Origin: Monocercomonoides exilis PA203
Taxonomy: Eukaryota; Protista; Preaxostyla
Reading direction: 5' to 3'
Assembly (NCBI GenBank): GCA_001643675.2
Contig: LSRY02000027.1
Coordinates: 1,248,185 to 1,312,184 of the forward strand
DNA length: 64,000 nt
Shown: in pieces, positions 25,900 to 39,396 of the stretch
Layout: every line of letters begins with the position of its first letter
Numbering within the stretch: position 1 is the stretch's first letter
Program-made: the position numbers and the translations under genes
Notes under the pieces: generated by a model
What the model saw: only the letters and a program-made list of their open reading frames with translations
The model's database searches: none
What the model was told of the DNA's origin: nothing

Positions 25900-26720
25900 T
25901 TGTGTTACTCCCCAAATAAGAAGTTGTCGTTCCTTGAACTGACAATAAAGAGCATTTTGCTGATAATGATATTCACAGCCTGCATGTTCCTTGAGCAAGC
26001 ATACCTCTCAATGACATCATCGATTGTGGATTCAAGTGCAGTGCACATCCAAACGAAGCTCGAGATGACAAACAAACCTTCCTTCACAACAGTGCCTTTC
26101 CTCGACGAGCCAAATGTGAAGATTTGCCCAGCTTGAATTTTGTTGTGCCAATGGGAACCCATAAAAATGAAACACCTTGAATGTGACACATTTCTCCTGA
26201 ACACAAGGGACTTCACCCCGCTGATAGTGGAGCGGATTAGGAAGCTTGCAAGAATAGGCTTTTCTTTGATAGGAGTTCCCAAACACAACTACCCTTGAAC
26301 CATAAAGTACACTTCCATTTCAACGCTTATGCTCAACAAAGTTCCAGAAGTGCTCGTTGCAAAATATGCTAGACTCTCACCGACAGCACACACACCTTCA
26401 AGGTTTTATCTATCCTCAAATTTCTCCCATCAAATGGCACACCAACTTATCTCAGCATTGAACACACAACCAAGCAATTCCTCAGAAATTATCAGATTTG
26501 TTCTGCCACCACTCAAAGAAAGCACAGAGTAAGATCCAGAGGTCGCGCATCCATTAAAGATTGAGGAGCCAGGAGACCAAGAATCAGAAGGCAGTGAAAC
26601 GATCGGAATCGAGGACATTTTACGCACAATCAGGCATTTACTCGGCACATGAGTAGACACCAAGGAACAAGTGAAAAGCCCAATTATTATCACTCCCATA
26701 ATAGAGAGGTGTCGTAGATA
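25900..26720 (+). pseudogene. Decayed coding fragment, unknown product
   Basis: GC-richer island with consecutive short plus-strand ORFs in otherwise very AT-rich DNA. Confidence 0.3.
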
Positions 26721-28303
26721 GATTGTTCTTGACGAACTTTTTTGTTTTTATTTCTATTTTTTTTTTATATTGAAATCATTTCATATTTTTCAAAAAAAAA
26801 TAAACCAGAAACTTATCCCTCAATTTTTATTATTTTTATTGCCAGTGAAAAGACAAGCACTAAAAACGAAACTTGTTCATATACGTTGAAAAAATACAGA
26901 TTTCCATGTGCATCACCAAAATGTGGTCTTATTTGTTCTTTTCTTTTTCTATAAAGAATATTTTCGATATTTTTTGTATAATGTTGAATAATGATGGGCT
27001 TAAATCCATGTTTATTTATTTTTGAATCGTAAAAAAATGCAAAAAATGTATTGACAGAAAATTTGACATTTTTATTTTCTTATAAAAAAATTTTTTATTT
27101 TGATTGATTTGTAGTTTTTTGTTAAATTTTCTTTCTTTTTCATTCTTTCAATAAACAAAACGAGATGAAACAAAGGATTTCATATTTCCTTCATTCAATA
27201 TTTTCAAGTTGTTTATTTCTTCTTATTTTTGAAAAAATGCAGAAACATTGGAAATCTGTAACTTTTTCGTTGATTAGATTGATAAATAATCTCTTAATGT
27301 TTCTCTTCAATTATAGAATTGTTGTTTTTGATGATGTGTTCTTCAAAGGATAAGATAAATTTCTATAAATTTTTCAATTTCTCTTCATTTCAATTTTTTG
27401 AATTGTTAGGTATGAAGTATTTATTGCATTGAATTTAGATCAAATAATCACAAAAATAACACAGCGCTCATTCATTGAATTTGAACTTTTTGATAAAAAA
27501 TAATTGATAGTATTTTTTTTAGAAAATAGAAATGATAATATGGATTATGCTGTAATAGCAAAAAAAGCACACATCATTAGAAATAAACACAAAAAACCTC
27601 AATATTCCATTTTCATCTGAGAATATTTCAATCAACTATGAACCATTGATGTATTTCACGAAATATTCATTTTTGTTCTGGTTCACAAAATTATTTGTTC
27701 GTCGTTGATTTCTTTAATTCAAAAATTAAAAATCAAACAAAATTGAAATTTGTATATATAACTCAAATCAATGTGCAAAAATTTTCTTCTATCAAATGAA
27801 ACAAACACATTTTAAATGAAAAGCTTATTTATTAAAAACCAACGTAATGATAATAATAATAATAGTCTGTTCTCGCATTGTGCCAATATTGAAATACTAT
27901 ATGTGAATAACAACCATAAAATAAATACATCTGTTTTTTCATTCCTAAGAGTTTTTGTTTAATTTAAAATAAGATAAGATACGATTTGCCATAAGAACAA
28001 AGGCTTGTTTTTATTGTCTTTTGATTGCATCATTATTCAATTGGTTGCTGTCAATGATATTAATTCTGGATCATCATAAGTTTTATTTTGCAGTGTTTTC
28101 TCACTGATTTTCAGCATTAATTTTGTTTTTTCCTATATTTTCAGATTCAAATTGCATTTTGATCCTTATGAAATAGAAACTGATGCAAATGTGAAAATAA
28201 AATTTACTTTTTTTTCACATCAAAACATGATTTTTGAATATTCATTTCTAACAACGATTTCTATATTAATTTTCGTTAAATAAAATAGATTTATCAAATA
28301 TAT

Positions 28304-28558
28304 GGGTGAATATTTTTGAAATCATATCTTTTTTCGGAGTGTTGATTTTTCAAAGATTGAAAGTTTTTCGAAATAAATTTTCATTACAAAAAAAAATGCA
28401 TGATAATTGTTTTGAATATCAAGTGTTTTTCCAAAATCAAAGATTAAAATGCATTCAATAAGCCTTTTAACTTTTCAATTTTTTTTCATTGATATTAAAG
28501 AAATATTTTTTCACCGAAATTTTTGAACGAAAAAATATGATTTCAAAAATAATCACCC
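28304..28558. mobile_element. Sola-type MITE, ATAT TSD
   Basis: atat|GGGTGAATATTTTTGAAATCATATCTTTTTTCG...CGAAAAAATATGATTTCAAAAATAATCACCC|atat; 255 bp. Confidence 0.85.
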
Positions 28559-28984
28559 ATATTCTCACATATATATAGTTCAAAAAAAAGTTAAATATGT
28601 TTTGAAAGTAATTTAAATATTTGATTATGTTTTCCATAAAAATGAATTTCTTCAAAAAATAAAAAAAAATAAAAAAAAAAAAAATGAAAAAAACACATTA
28701 ATGCATTCCAAATATTTTCAAATGAACTCTGTTCCAAATAATTGCAATTGATGAAATATTTTTGAAACCATAGTGAACAGGTATTTTTAACTGAAGAGGG
28801 TTTTTTCCCCAACCATTTGAATTTTTATTTATTATTTGTTTTTTTGTAAATTTAATAAACACATTTTGAATCGAACACGATTTCAAATGTCAGGTAGATG
28901 GGAGTGTTAAGCCCCTTCATTGAACTTCTGTGTGGAATTGGAGGGTGACATGGGGCATAAGACCTATGGTTTGTTTTAAATGTT

Positions 28985-30727
28985 GGCATAGGTTCAAACA
29001 CGTTCCTTTTGCAATTTGCGTTTTTAAACCCTCAAATAATAACGAATTAATAGATAATAATTATTTAAAAACTTTTTATGGACCAATTTTTCGAAAAAAA
29101 TTTTTCTTGTTGAAAAAAATGACTTTTGAAAAATGACCCATAAAAACATGAATTTCATAAAAAATTATTCAAATTTAAAAGAAAACGTGATTTTTACACA
29201 TAAAAAGTGTTTGCATTATTATATAGACTTATTTTATTTGTTAATTTTCATCAAAAAAATATAAATCTTAAATAAAAAATTTAATTAAATATCTTTGATC
29301 TAACCCACAATAAAATTTTTAATATCTGGAAAATTTGAATATGCTGTTTTGGTTTAAATAGAACCTAAAAGTGTGTAATTCATTCACTTTTATATGTTAA
29401 TATAAGTATATTATTATATGCACACTTGTATAATATTGAAAACAGATTTTATTCACAGTTTCATTAAAGTGTGCTTTTTGACTTTAATTTTCATTAGCGT
29501 GCAGATATTAATTTCAAAATCGGTTGCAATGGAACGCAAAACGTATTATATGATTCATAATATCAAATAAATATTCATTTTGTTTTTATCTTTCAAATAT
29601 TTTCTTTTCCTTTGATATGTTAATGTATTTTTTTATTAGACTCGATCAAAACATGCATTTATGAATAAATCTTGCAAAAATTTACAATAATCACACAAAA
29701 TAATTCAATGTTGTATTATAAAAACAATGAAGTTTATAAAAGTTTCTCATTTTTATGTTTTTTTTAAAATAAAATGAAAAATGAGATTGATTTTGTTCTT
29801 CAATCTGAATTATTTTCATATCATATCCCATTTTCATATTTTCCATTTATTTCCACATCATTTGGCATGGTTCTTCTTCACTTCCACATATTTCAACATC
29901 TTATCCACATGAATAACTAAATCAATCTCATTTTTCATTTTATTTTAAAAAAAACATAAAAATGAGAAACTTTTATAAACTTCATTGTTTTTATAATACA
30001 ACATTGAATTATTTTGTGTGATTATTGTAAATTTTTGCAAGATTTATTCATAAATGCATGTTTTGATCGAGTCTAATAAAAAAATACATTAACATATCAA
30101 AGGAAAAGAAAATATTTGAAAGATAAAAACAAAATGAATATTTATTTGATATTATGAATCATATAATACGTTTTGCGTTCCATTGCAACCGATTTTGAAA
30201 TTAATATCTGCACGCTAATGAAAATTAAAGTCAAAAAGCACACTTTAATGAAACTGTGAATAAAATCTGTTTTCAATATTATACAAGTGTGCATATAATA
30301 ATATACTTATATTAACATATAAAAGTGAATGAATTACACACTTTTAGGTTCTATTTAAACCAAAACAGCATATTCAAATTTTCCAGATATTAAAAATTTT
30401 ATTGTGGGTTAGATCAAAGATATTTAATTAAATTTTTTATTTAAGATTTATATTTTTTTGATGAAAATTAACAAATAAAATAAGTCTATATAATAATGCA
30501 AACACTTTTTATGTGTAAAAATCACGTTTTCTTTTAAATTTGAATAATTTTTTATGAAATTCATGTTTTTATGGGTCATTTTTCAAAAGTCATTTTTTTC
30601 AACAAGAAAAATTTTTTTCGAAAAATTGGTCCATAAAAAGTTTTTAAATAATTATTATCTATTAATTCGTTATTATTTGAGGGTTTAAAAACGCAAATTG
30701 CAAAAGGAACGCGTTTGAACCTATGCC
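28985..30727. mobile_element. Foldback element: 809-bp arms (28985-29793, 29919-30727), 125-bp spacer
   Basis: Near-perfect palindrome GGCATAGG...CCTATGCC. Flanks taaatgtt / aaaatgtt match at 7 of 8 positions, consistent with an 8-bp TSD. Confidence 0.88.
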
Positions 30728-30813
30728 AAAATGTTATTTTTCGATTTTTATAATTTCATTTCAATTAAAAAAAAATAAAAAAAAATTATGATAAAAAAAA
30801 TAAAATTAAAAAA

Positions 30814-32750
30814 ATGAAAATATCTTCAGAAACAAAATTAAAAGAAGGTCAGAAAAAACTGTGGTGCACAATGTCATCGCGCAAGTGCAGGAAATACCAC
30901 AGCCTGCTGGAGCGAATGGCTAACATTGTTGAAGATGGAGTTGTTCGCATTACGGATTCTATCAATTCCAAGGAATTTTGTCGCACAGGCATCAAAAATG
31001 CAGTTAGAGCGCTGAAAAAAGGAAGGCTAGTTGGAAAAGTTGGCAGACCTGCAGCAGTAGTGGGCTAAAAGGAACAAAGAGCAATGGACATTATTCACAT
31101 TGAAGCAAAGTCTGGAATATTTCTCCCTTAAAAAAAAAAAAAAAACAGAGAATTGGATTGTTTAATTTTTATTAATATGTTTTAATCATTTGTTTTTCAG
31201 ATGGAAAATGTTTTTAACGATAATGATGATGAAGATGCGCCATTTACCGAAGTTTCAATGTATACGGCATATGAACTTGTCAAGTATCATCCGGAGCTGA
31301 AGACTGAAACTCCGAAGAATTTGGATATCAACCGACTGGATGTTTCGTGCAGAAGTGTTTGAAAACCATGGTTTAAAACATTCGATGAGCTGAATGAAAA
31401 ATATCATTTCAATCCAGTTTTAATTATAAATATCGACGAATCTTCAACGAGCGTTCCTTCAGACACAAAACAGCTTGTTGTGCATACTACAGACACAAAA
31501 GCAGGTTTTTCGAAAGAACCACCAAGAATGATTAATTCCACATTCGTGGCAGCTGCTGCAGCGGACGGATATGCCTTTCCTTCAGTCATTTTGTGGCCAA
31601 GTGCAAAGCTGCCAGAAGAGCTGAAAAGCCTGTTATCTCCAACGCTTGAGATATGGGCAAATGGAAGCGGCTGGATGGGCAACGAGTGCTTCAAAAGGGA
31701 TGCTCTCACAGTTCTTCTTCTTTCTGTCATCGAAAGAAGAAAGCGCATGTCACTTGAAAACGAACACATTCTTCTCCTCCTTGATTCTCATGAATCACGC
31801 GAAGATCCATCGATCTTGCGAGAATTCCATCATCAACAAATCGACGTTTTAACATTTGTGCCACACAGCACACACCTCTGTCAACCACTGGACAGAGGAG
31901 TGTTTGCTGTGTTCAAATCTGAACTGACAAACAGATTTGAGGCTCCATCTTCTTCTTCATCTTCCTCCAAACGAGCAGCAATTTCCGACGTTCTGCCTCA
32001 AGCCATCCACACTGCATTGTCTCCTTCTGTAATTCAGAAAGCTTTTGTCTGCAGTGGTGTTCTGCATAATACTTCTGGGCCAGTTCTTTTGAAACTGCCC
32101 GAATCTTCAATTTACACTCTTCCATCCAGAAGAAATAGATTCAACTTTTATGGAAAAGTTATAACCGACGAAAATCTTTTAGAGAAATGGGAAAATCATT
32201 TGAAAATGAATATTGAAAGGAATAATGAAACGGATGAAAAGGAGAAAGATGAAGTGAAGACTGTTGTGGATGAAAACAAAAAAATAAAAAGAAGATATTT
32301 CCATGTTTATAACGATGGTTCTTACGATGAAAAGAAAGATCATTCATTAAATCGAGGTGAAGGAAAAAGGAAAGTTATCAAAAGAATTAATTCTGATTTT
32401 GTTTTCTTTCAATCATGTTGTTTTTTTGAATTTTTTTCTCTTCATTTTTTTGGGTCAGAATAAAGAAAAAGCGTCAGGATAAAATAATAATCCAACTTAT
32501 CCCGAAAAATACCCAGTGATAGCGCATGCGGAGTCTGCGGGATGCACACACAATGGAAAGACTTTTGTTGGAATATGTGATTACTCACCAAGCTTTGTGT
32601 GAAGATGATGATGAAAAATTCAATGGATCGCAGCCACATATTGCTTCGTGAAGCGCCTTTGTCACATTTTTTCAACTTCATTGCCTTCACTTGGTTGAAG
32701 TTCTTCAAAGACCTCAGAAACACAGACTAGTCTGCCTCTTCCTTCTCCGA
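30814..32750 (+). pseudogene. pogo-family (DDE_1, DD35D) transposase pseudogene with N-terminal HTH-like region and Cys-rich tail
   Basis: Motifs GRPA, INIDES, NGSGWM, LLLLDSHESR and FVPHSTHLCQPLDRGVF (35 residues between the 2nd and 3rd Asp), plus CGVC at ~32527. In-frame stops at 31066 and 31360; probable intron ending at 31200. Confidence 0.88.
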
Positions 32751-32772
32751 ATAAAATCCCTCAAACTCCTCG

Positions 32773-32832
<60 letters not shown>

Positions 32833-33049
32833 ATCTCGACTTTTTTCTCAAAATCCTCTTTAACCGCTGTATTGATTCACCTCCAAAACATCCTGCACAA
32901 AGCCATCAGGAAGATCTAGCTCTCTTCTGCAAATGGCTTCAACTGAAAACCTTCAAATGGCACATTGCAGTTGTCATGAAAATCACAACTTGTCTCCTTT
33001 GCACTCCTCCCGCGCAAACTTCCCTAACAACAACACATCAGCAAAGTCA

Positions 33050-35250
33050 TTTAGAAACAGCTCCACAACGAAGATCATCTTCAATATTGCTACCTCGCTC
33101 ATCTTCTGCACTGCATGCTTCACCCACAGCCACATGATCACAAAATACCCAAACTAATGCCTCGTAACCACGACTCCCGCTAACACAGCACTGCCCTCTC
33201 CCAAGTCCGCTGCGATCTTGTCTCCGGATATCCCCAGAATCTACGTCAGCTTCCACACCAGCGATGATTTCAGCCCTATCTTATGATGCTTCAACAAACG
33301 CTTCATCTGCACAGATGACTGCAACGTTATCGGTATCAAAAGCTCAACACAGTTTCGTGCGCCACATGTTCCGTTGATTCAAATTCTGTGCTAGTCATCC
33401 GCTCCATCGGAAAAGACTCCACCAAAGGCACTGAACCGGAAACATTTTCCTCCTGCTAAAATTCCTTCTCCCACAAAAATTCCCTCATTCCATCTTCTCG
33501 TTCAGCTTCTTCGCTTTTTCAGTCAGCTGCTCATCTGTCTCTTTATATAACTCCTTCTTTTTCTTCTGCTCCAACTTCTATTGCACAACCTCCGTCCGCA
33601 GCTCTTATTCATCAATTGAACAGCGCCTTCGACATGTGAATTATTTTTTCCTGTTCTTTCGACAGCACATTTCTTTTCATATCTTTCTCTGATCCCAGAT
33701 CTCGTTCCCTAACTTTCACCTCAGTCGAAACTCTTTCCATCGACCGTTGTCTTCTTCCCACAACACTTATCCCGCTCTTCACTTTTACAACATCCCCCTT
33801 CCCGCTCGTTTCTGTCCCAACCAACACATCGCTGCCATCCCCGATGCAAACTGCAAACTTCTCCTGGCACTTTTCACACAGCCCCGACAGCAGGATCAAC
33901 GAAGCTGAAGACGGAATCACCAAACCTCCCGCAGACGACAACGAAGAAGGCGTTGCAAGTGGCACCCCTGCCCCTGCTCCAGAACCTGCTCCCTCGCTGT
34001 CCTCGCTCACCACCCCGCCCTGCTGCGTCCACAGCTTCTTCTCCTTCTCAATCCACACATCAATCAGCTCTGCCTTCTCCTTCATTTCTACCAGCTGCTG
34101 TAGCTCATTCACATCTGTATTATTCTTCTCGTTCAGCTCCAGAATCTTCCTCTTTCGCATCCGGATGATCTTGTCATTCTGCCGCAGCTGCTCCACCAGC
34201 CCGTTCGTCAACTTCGAGATCCGCTCGTCGTCCCGGATCTTCTGCAGCAGCATGTTGAACTCCGAATACAGCTTCTCCATCTCCTGCTTCGCCTCCTCAT
34301 GCAGCTCCATTAGCTCCGGAATCTGCCACTCCAGCTCCTCCTTCTCCACCCCCAGCTCCAAAACATGCCCCTCGAACTTTCCGTCTATCTTGATAAGTGT
34401 CTGAGCAGCATTCGCCTTCATCCTCTGCAAATCTTCTTTCTAGTTCTTCAGCTCTTCACCTCTTCACACGCCGCAACTCTTAGCCTCTTCACTTCTTCGT
34501 CCAATTTCACAACCACACGCTTCAACAACTGCGATTTCCATATCTGCGACAAAGGATGAAAATTGATTGAAGATCGACAATAATTCATTAATGACAGCCT
34601 ACTCAAAGATGCACTTGCCTAACGACTTCTTTCACACAAAAGCTGTAAGTTATAGAAGTGGAGCTGCCAGCGGAACAGAAAACATAGCCGAAAGCACCAC
34701 ATCGTATGCACACACAACACCCCCCACACAGCACAGCCCGCAGCGCCACAACATATCCCTACATCATCTGCAGCTCCCGCGGTGACAGCAGCAGCTGCTG
34801 CGACAGAGGCGTGTTCCGCCCATACACCCCAGCCGCCTCTCGATGTCGTCCATCGCTTCTTCCGAGGTGCATGACTCCGCCACCACCTATGCATCCGAAG
34901 GGTCAATCGCAGGTGCTGATGAAGATGACTTATCATCTCCTTCCGCCTTTTTCTCTTCGCTTCTCCGCCTCCTGAATGGAGAAGTTGATCGGTTTGCTGC
35001 TCCTGTTGAAGAAGAAGAAGACAAAGGTGCTGAGCGAAGAGACAACTGAATCGCTTTTACTCCCACAAGAATCTTTTTGAGACAACTCATCACACAAAAT
35101 TGCAGCGCCTTTCGTGTAACAAACACAAAGTCCACGTTCAAATTAGAAACGTCAACCATCACTGAAATCTCATCTTTTCTGATCAAATGGAAATGTTTGA
35201 ACAAAGTTTTTTGGATGGGAATTGAAATGAGAAGAAAAGTTTGAAGCAAA
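33050..35250 (-). pseudogene. Fragmented coiled-coil hypothetical gene
   Basis: A 272-aa E/K/L-rich ORF (33612-34430) flanked by broken ORFs on the same strand. Confidence 0.45.
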
Positions 35251-35641
35251 AAAGCAAATGAGTTGTTGAAAGCTGTTAAAGATATGATTCATGATTTGAC
35301 ACAAAAATTGGGATATCATTTCCCTTTTGAATTTTTTTTCTGAAATGGTAATTTAACATAAACTAATTATAAGTTGTTTTTCAAATTATTTATTATGAAA
35401 TTAATAACTGCTCTATGCAAACAACTTTTTGAATTTCTTTCAATTCAATAAGGACAGTATCGATGAAATTTTCTTGTTTAATAATTTCAAACAATAAATA
35501 CACGAATTATGGCAAGTTATTATGTATTTGTTTTTCAACATAAGGAAATATTCAAAAAGAAGTCTCAATTCAAAAAATCAAAACGTTGATTTGAACAATT
35601 GAAATGAAAACAACGAAATATGAACAAATCATTTTGTTGCG

Positions 35642-35703
<62 letters not shown>

Positions 35704-37279
35704 TTAAATTATAAAAGTGATTAAATAGTTAATTGGGTATTTGAAATCTATTTTATTAAAACGCAATATGTGGGGAAAGGGTGGCAAAACTCAATAGAAT
35801 AACATTCAGCAATAAATGATGGGTACAAAATTTTCAACATTTTTTGCTCATCTATTTGTTCATATTCTGTTCAACAATTAATATTGCAATATAAATTTAA
35901 ATATTAAAAATAATAATAAAAAATATCATAATAATGAAAATCGAAATTTTTATGAAAAACTGTTCATATTTATATATTTAGCATAAAACCATTAATCAGT
36001 TTCAAAATAGTTAAAATTTTAACAATAAATTCTATTAAAAATTTAAGAAAAATAAATAATTATTCAAATGCAAAAATGAATGAAAATATATTATAAAATT
36101 AATTAAAAAAATCGAATTTTTGTTCAGATGCATTTTATATCTAGATTTTTTAATTTCAAAAATCTTAGTTTTAAACAAGTGTTTTTGATGTTTTCTCTGA
36201 TCAATAACAAAAAATGTTTTCAAAAAGAAAATTCAAATCATAAATAATAAGTATAATTAATTTTGTGATAATTAATTCATTTATTCTATTATTTCAAAAA
36301 CATATTTTTTAACTCACATTAGAAAATTTCATATTTAAGTTATCTATTTTTGGAAAATCATTTCTGGTATCTGGAAAAACAAAGATTGAAAGTTTCAATC
36401 AAATATAAGATTATTTATTGATAAAACGTGTAATTTTTATTATAAATGTGATTAAGTGTTCTTAGTTATGTAATTCTTTTTGATAGAAATTGAATGATAA
36501 ATTGGAAAAAATATAGGTTCTTAGAAATGTGAGATTATTTTAGAGATTGACAATATTTAGTGTGGTTATTTCATGTTTTGATAGTATTTAAAAAATGTTT
36601 TTACATGTTTATTATTTTTTTGAAAAGTCATAATATATTGATTAATATGAAAATTGGTTCATATATGATCAGTAAAATTGATCATTCTTTTCACATCATG
36701 ATGTTGTTCATTATTTCTTTTAATTGTTTTATTAGTTAGTTATCAAATATTGATTTTTAGTAAAAAACATCTGAATCACATGATTTCTGACGGTGATATT
36801 TTTTGAGTGAAGTGATGTGATTGAAAAAAATTTAATTCAATTTTTTTTAAAAAATATTTCGATCATCAAAAATGAAAATTAATGCAATAATTGTATTTTT
36901 TTGCAATTTATTTTTTATTTCATTGGAATTTTTAATAATAATTTTTGAAAATTATTCAATGGATAATTTTCAATTAATTAAGAAACTGTGGGTTGTGTCG
37001 TGATCAATTTTTTCCAGAATAAATACCACGGAACTCAAGTTACTGTCTATTACTGAAGTGATTTAAGTCAATAGTCCATTTAACAAATGTTTGTGTTTTT
37101 TTCTTGTTGAAATATCTTTTATAAAGTTTTCAACTTGTCAAAATTTTTGTATTTATTTGTTGTGAATAATTCTAATTGTTTCGTTTTTACAAAAATTTTT
37201 TCTCACTCATATGTATCATATTCGCATGTTCTTCGTTTTGATATGGAGGAATAAAGATGTGCTTTTCAAAATAAAAACA

Positions 37280-38820
37280 ATGGCAGGAGTTTTGAGGCTG
37301 AGGATCAGAAGCGATTGACTGTTCGGAGAAGATTGTGCACGCTGTTGGATGGGTGCTGTGGAGAACACTTTGCTATAGGAATTTGTAAGCAGGCAGGGGA
37401 TGTTGAAAAGTACAGTGCAGCAGCAGGTCTGGTGGTGATAGAGTCACAGTTATTTGCGTTCCAATAACATTCGAAAACGGGAACGGGAGATTGAGGAGGA
37501 ATTAGGAGGCATAGGTACATCTATGCTTCTTTTGCAATTTGCGGTGTTTGAAATTAACTTTATGATGAAATAATAGTTAAAAATAAATTGAAACTTTTGG
37601 GTGGACGAATTTTTTGAAATTGTTTTTTCTTGTTGCAAAAAATCAATATTGAAAAATCACCCATAAATATGGCTAATTTTATTTGAAAAGTTCCTTTTGT
37701 TTAATTTTCAAATAAAATTAGCCATATTTATGTGTGATTTTTCAATATTGATTTTTTGCAACAAGAAAAAACAATTTCAAAAAATTCGTCCACCCAAAAG
37801 TTTCAATTTATTTTTAACTATTATTTCATCATAAAGTTAATTTCAAACACCGCAAATTGCAAAAGAAGCACAGATGTACCTATGCCAAAGAGGAATGGAT
37901 TCTTGTGGTTGAGGAGTGTGTGGCGAGGGGCCAAAACAGAGCAAAAACAAACCGAATGCGATCATTGGCTAAGAGGGTGTCTGGAGGGGAAGAGTGGAGG
38001 TGACAACCGGTGAGTCCTTTCTTCCAGTGCAGAGCTGTTAGATAGTTCAGGGGGGGAGGGGGGGGGGGGGGGGGGGGGGGGTGTTGGGATGCAGCTGTTG
38101 TTCGTGTAGAGGTTACTGGGCAGATCTGCCTGCACTCCCATTTACTTGTGTGTGGAGCCAATAGAGGAGAATGGATGATTACACACTGTTTTTAAAATAC
38201 AAGGCAGATCACTGATCGGAGAGGAAACAGGGGGATCGGGAAGAAGGTTATTGAGAAGATCGTATCAGAAGAGGAGGTGCTGGAGAGGGTTGTGTATTAG
38301 AAAGAGAAGCTTGCTGTGGAGGAGCGGGGAGACGTGAAAGGAGCAGAGGGGAGGGCAGGAGAGGAATCAGATGAAGGAGGTTAGTTCAATGTCTCAACAG
38401 CGACTGTGCAGAAACTTAAAGGGGAAAGGGCTGGAAGGAGGCTGAGCCTGTTTGTGCTGTATGTGTGGGAGATCATCCTGTTTATTGGGATGAGTGAGGC
38501 GGGGATGGTGATGGTTGTGATTGTGTGGTACTGTGAATGGAAGAAGAGGACTGTGGAGTCTGGCGAAAACGCACGATGGCAGAACCGAGAGATGCAGGAA
38601 GCTGCGTTTGAGCTTGTGAGGCGGTTCGGAACAGATTGGGCATAGAGTGAGGAAGTGGATGCCGATGTTGTGGAGTAGCTGAGTGAGCTAGCACAGGAAA
38701 ATGAGGTGGAAGAGACAAAACTGAAGATCAAAGCGGAGAAAGTGGAAATGGAAGTGGAAAATGAAGAGGAAGAAGAGGAAGAAGCAGAGAGATGGCTGTG
38801 GAGAAATCTGCTGTTTCAGT
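37280..38820 (+). pseudogene. Decayed gene interrupted by the foldback element
   Basis: Coding-like purine-rich sequence either side of the insertion, with a transmembrane-like segment at 38450-38535. Confidence 0.35.
37508..37886. mobile_element. Short foldback/hairpin element (182-bp arms, 15-nt loop), same terminal family as 28985-30727
   Basis: Termini GGCATAGGT-N12-CTTTTGCAATTTGCG. Flanks aattagga / aaagagga match at 6 of 8. Interrupts GC-richer coding-like DNA. Confidence 0.85.
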
Positions 38821-39328
38821 GATTTTTATTCAAACATTTTCATTATAAAGAATACTAATTTATATTCTTATATAATAATTCTCTCATGTCAATGATAAAC
38901 CTAACAACATATTAAGTATTCTTTTTGCTTTTATAAACAATTGTTGTATTAAAAGGACAAAATTAACTTATGAGAATTGCATAAAAGGAATAATTAAGTC
39001 AATATGATAATTATGTCAATTTTTGTAAAAACTTGTTAACCATTAAAAATATGGAAAGTTGTTATTTTTAAAAAAATGATAAATAAAAATAATGCGAAAA
39101 TGAAAACTGAACTTCAAATGCATCAACGAACGAAGAGAAGAATATTGATATTAATTTTCATTGAATGATATGACTTCTGTCAAAGCGTAAAATAGTATCA
39201 AAAATTAAAAAGATTTAATTATTGTCTGTTTATGGAAAATCTATTTTATCTGAACCATCAAAAATGTTTTTTATATTTGGTTATTTTTTTATAATCGATT
39301 AAAGACTTATATCAATAAGTTTGTTTTT

Positions 39329-39396
<68 letters not shown>

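Noticed and set aside
28985-30727. Palindrome as the TIRs of the pogo element
   Set aside because: Both arms lie upstream of the ORF, and the flanks indicate an 8-bp rather than a TA duplication.
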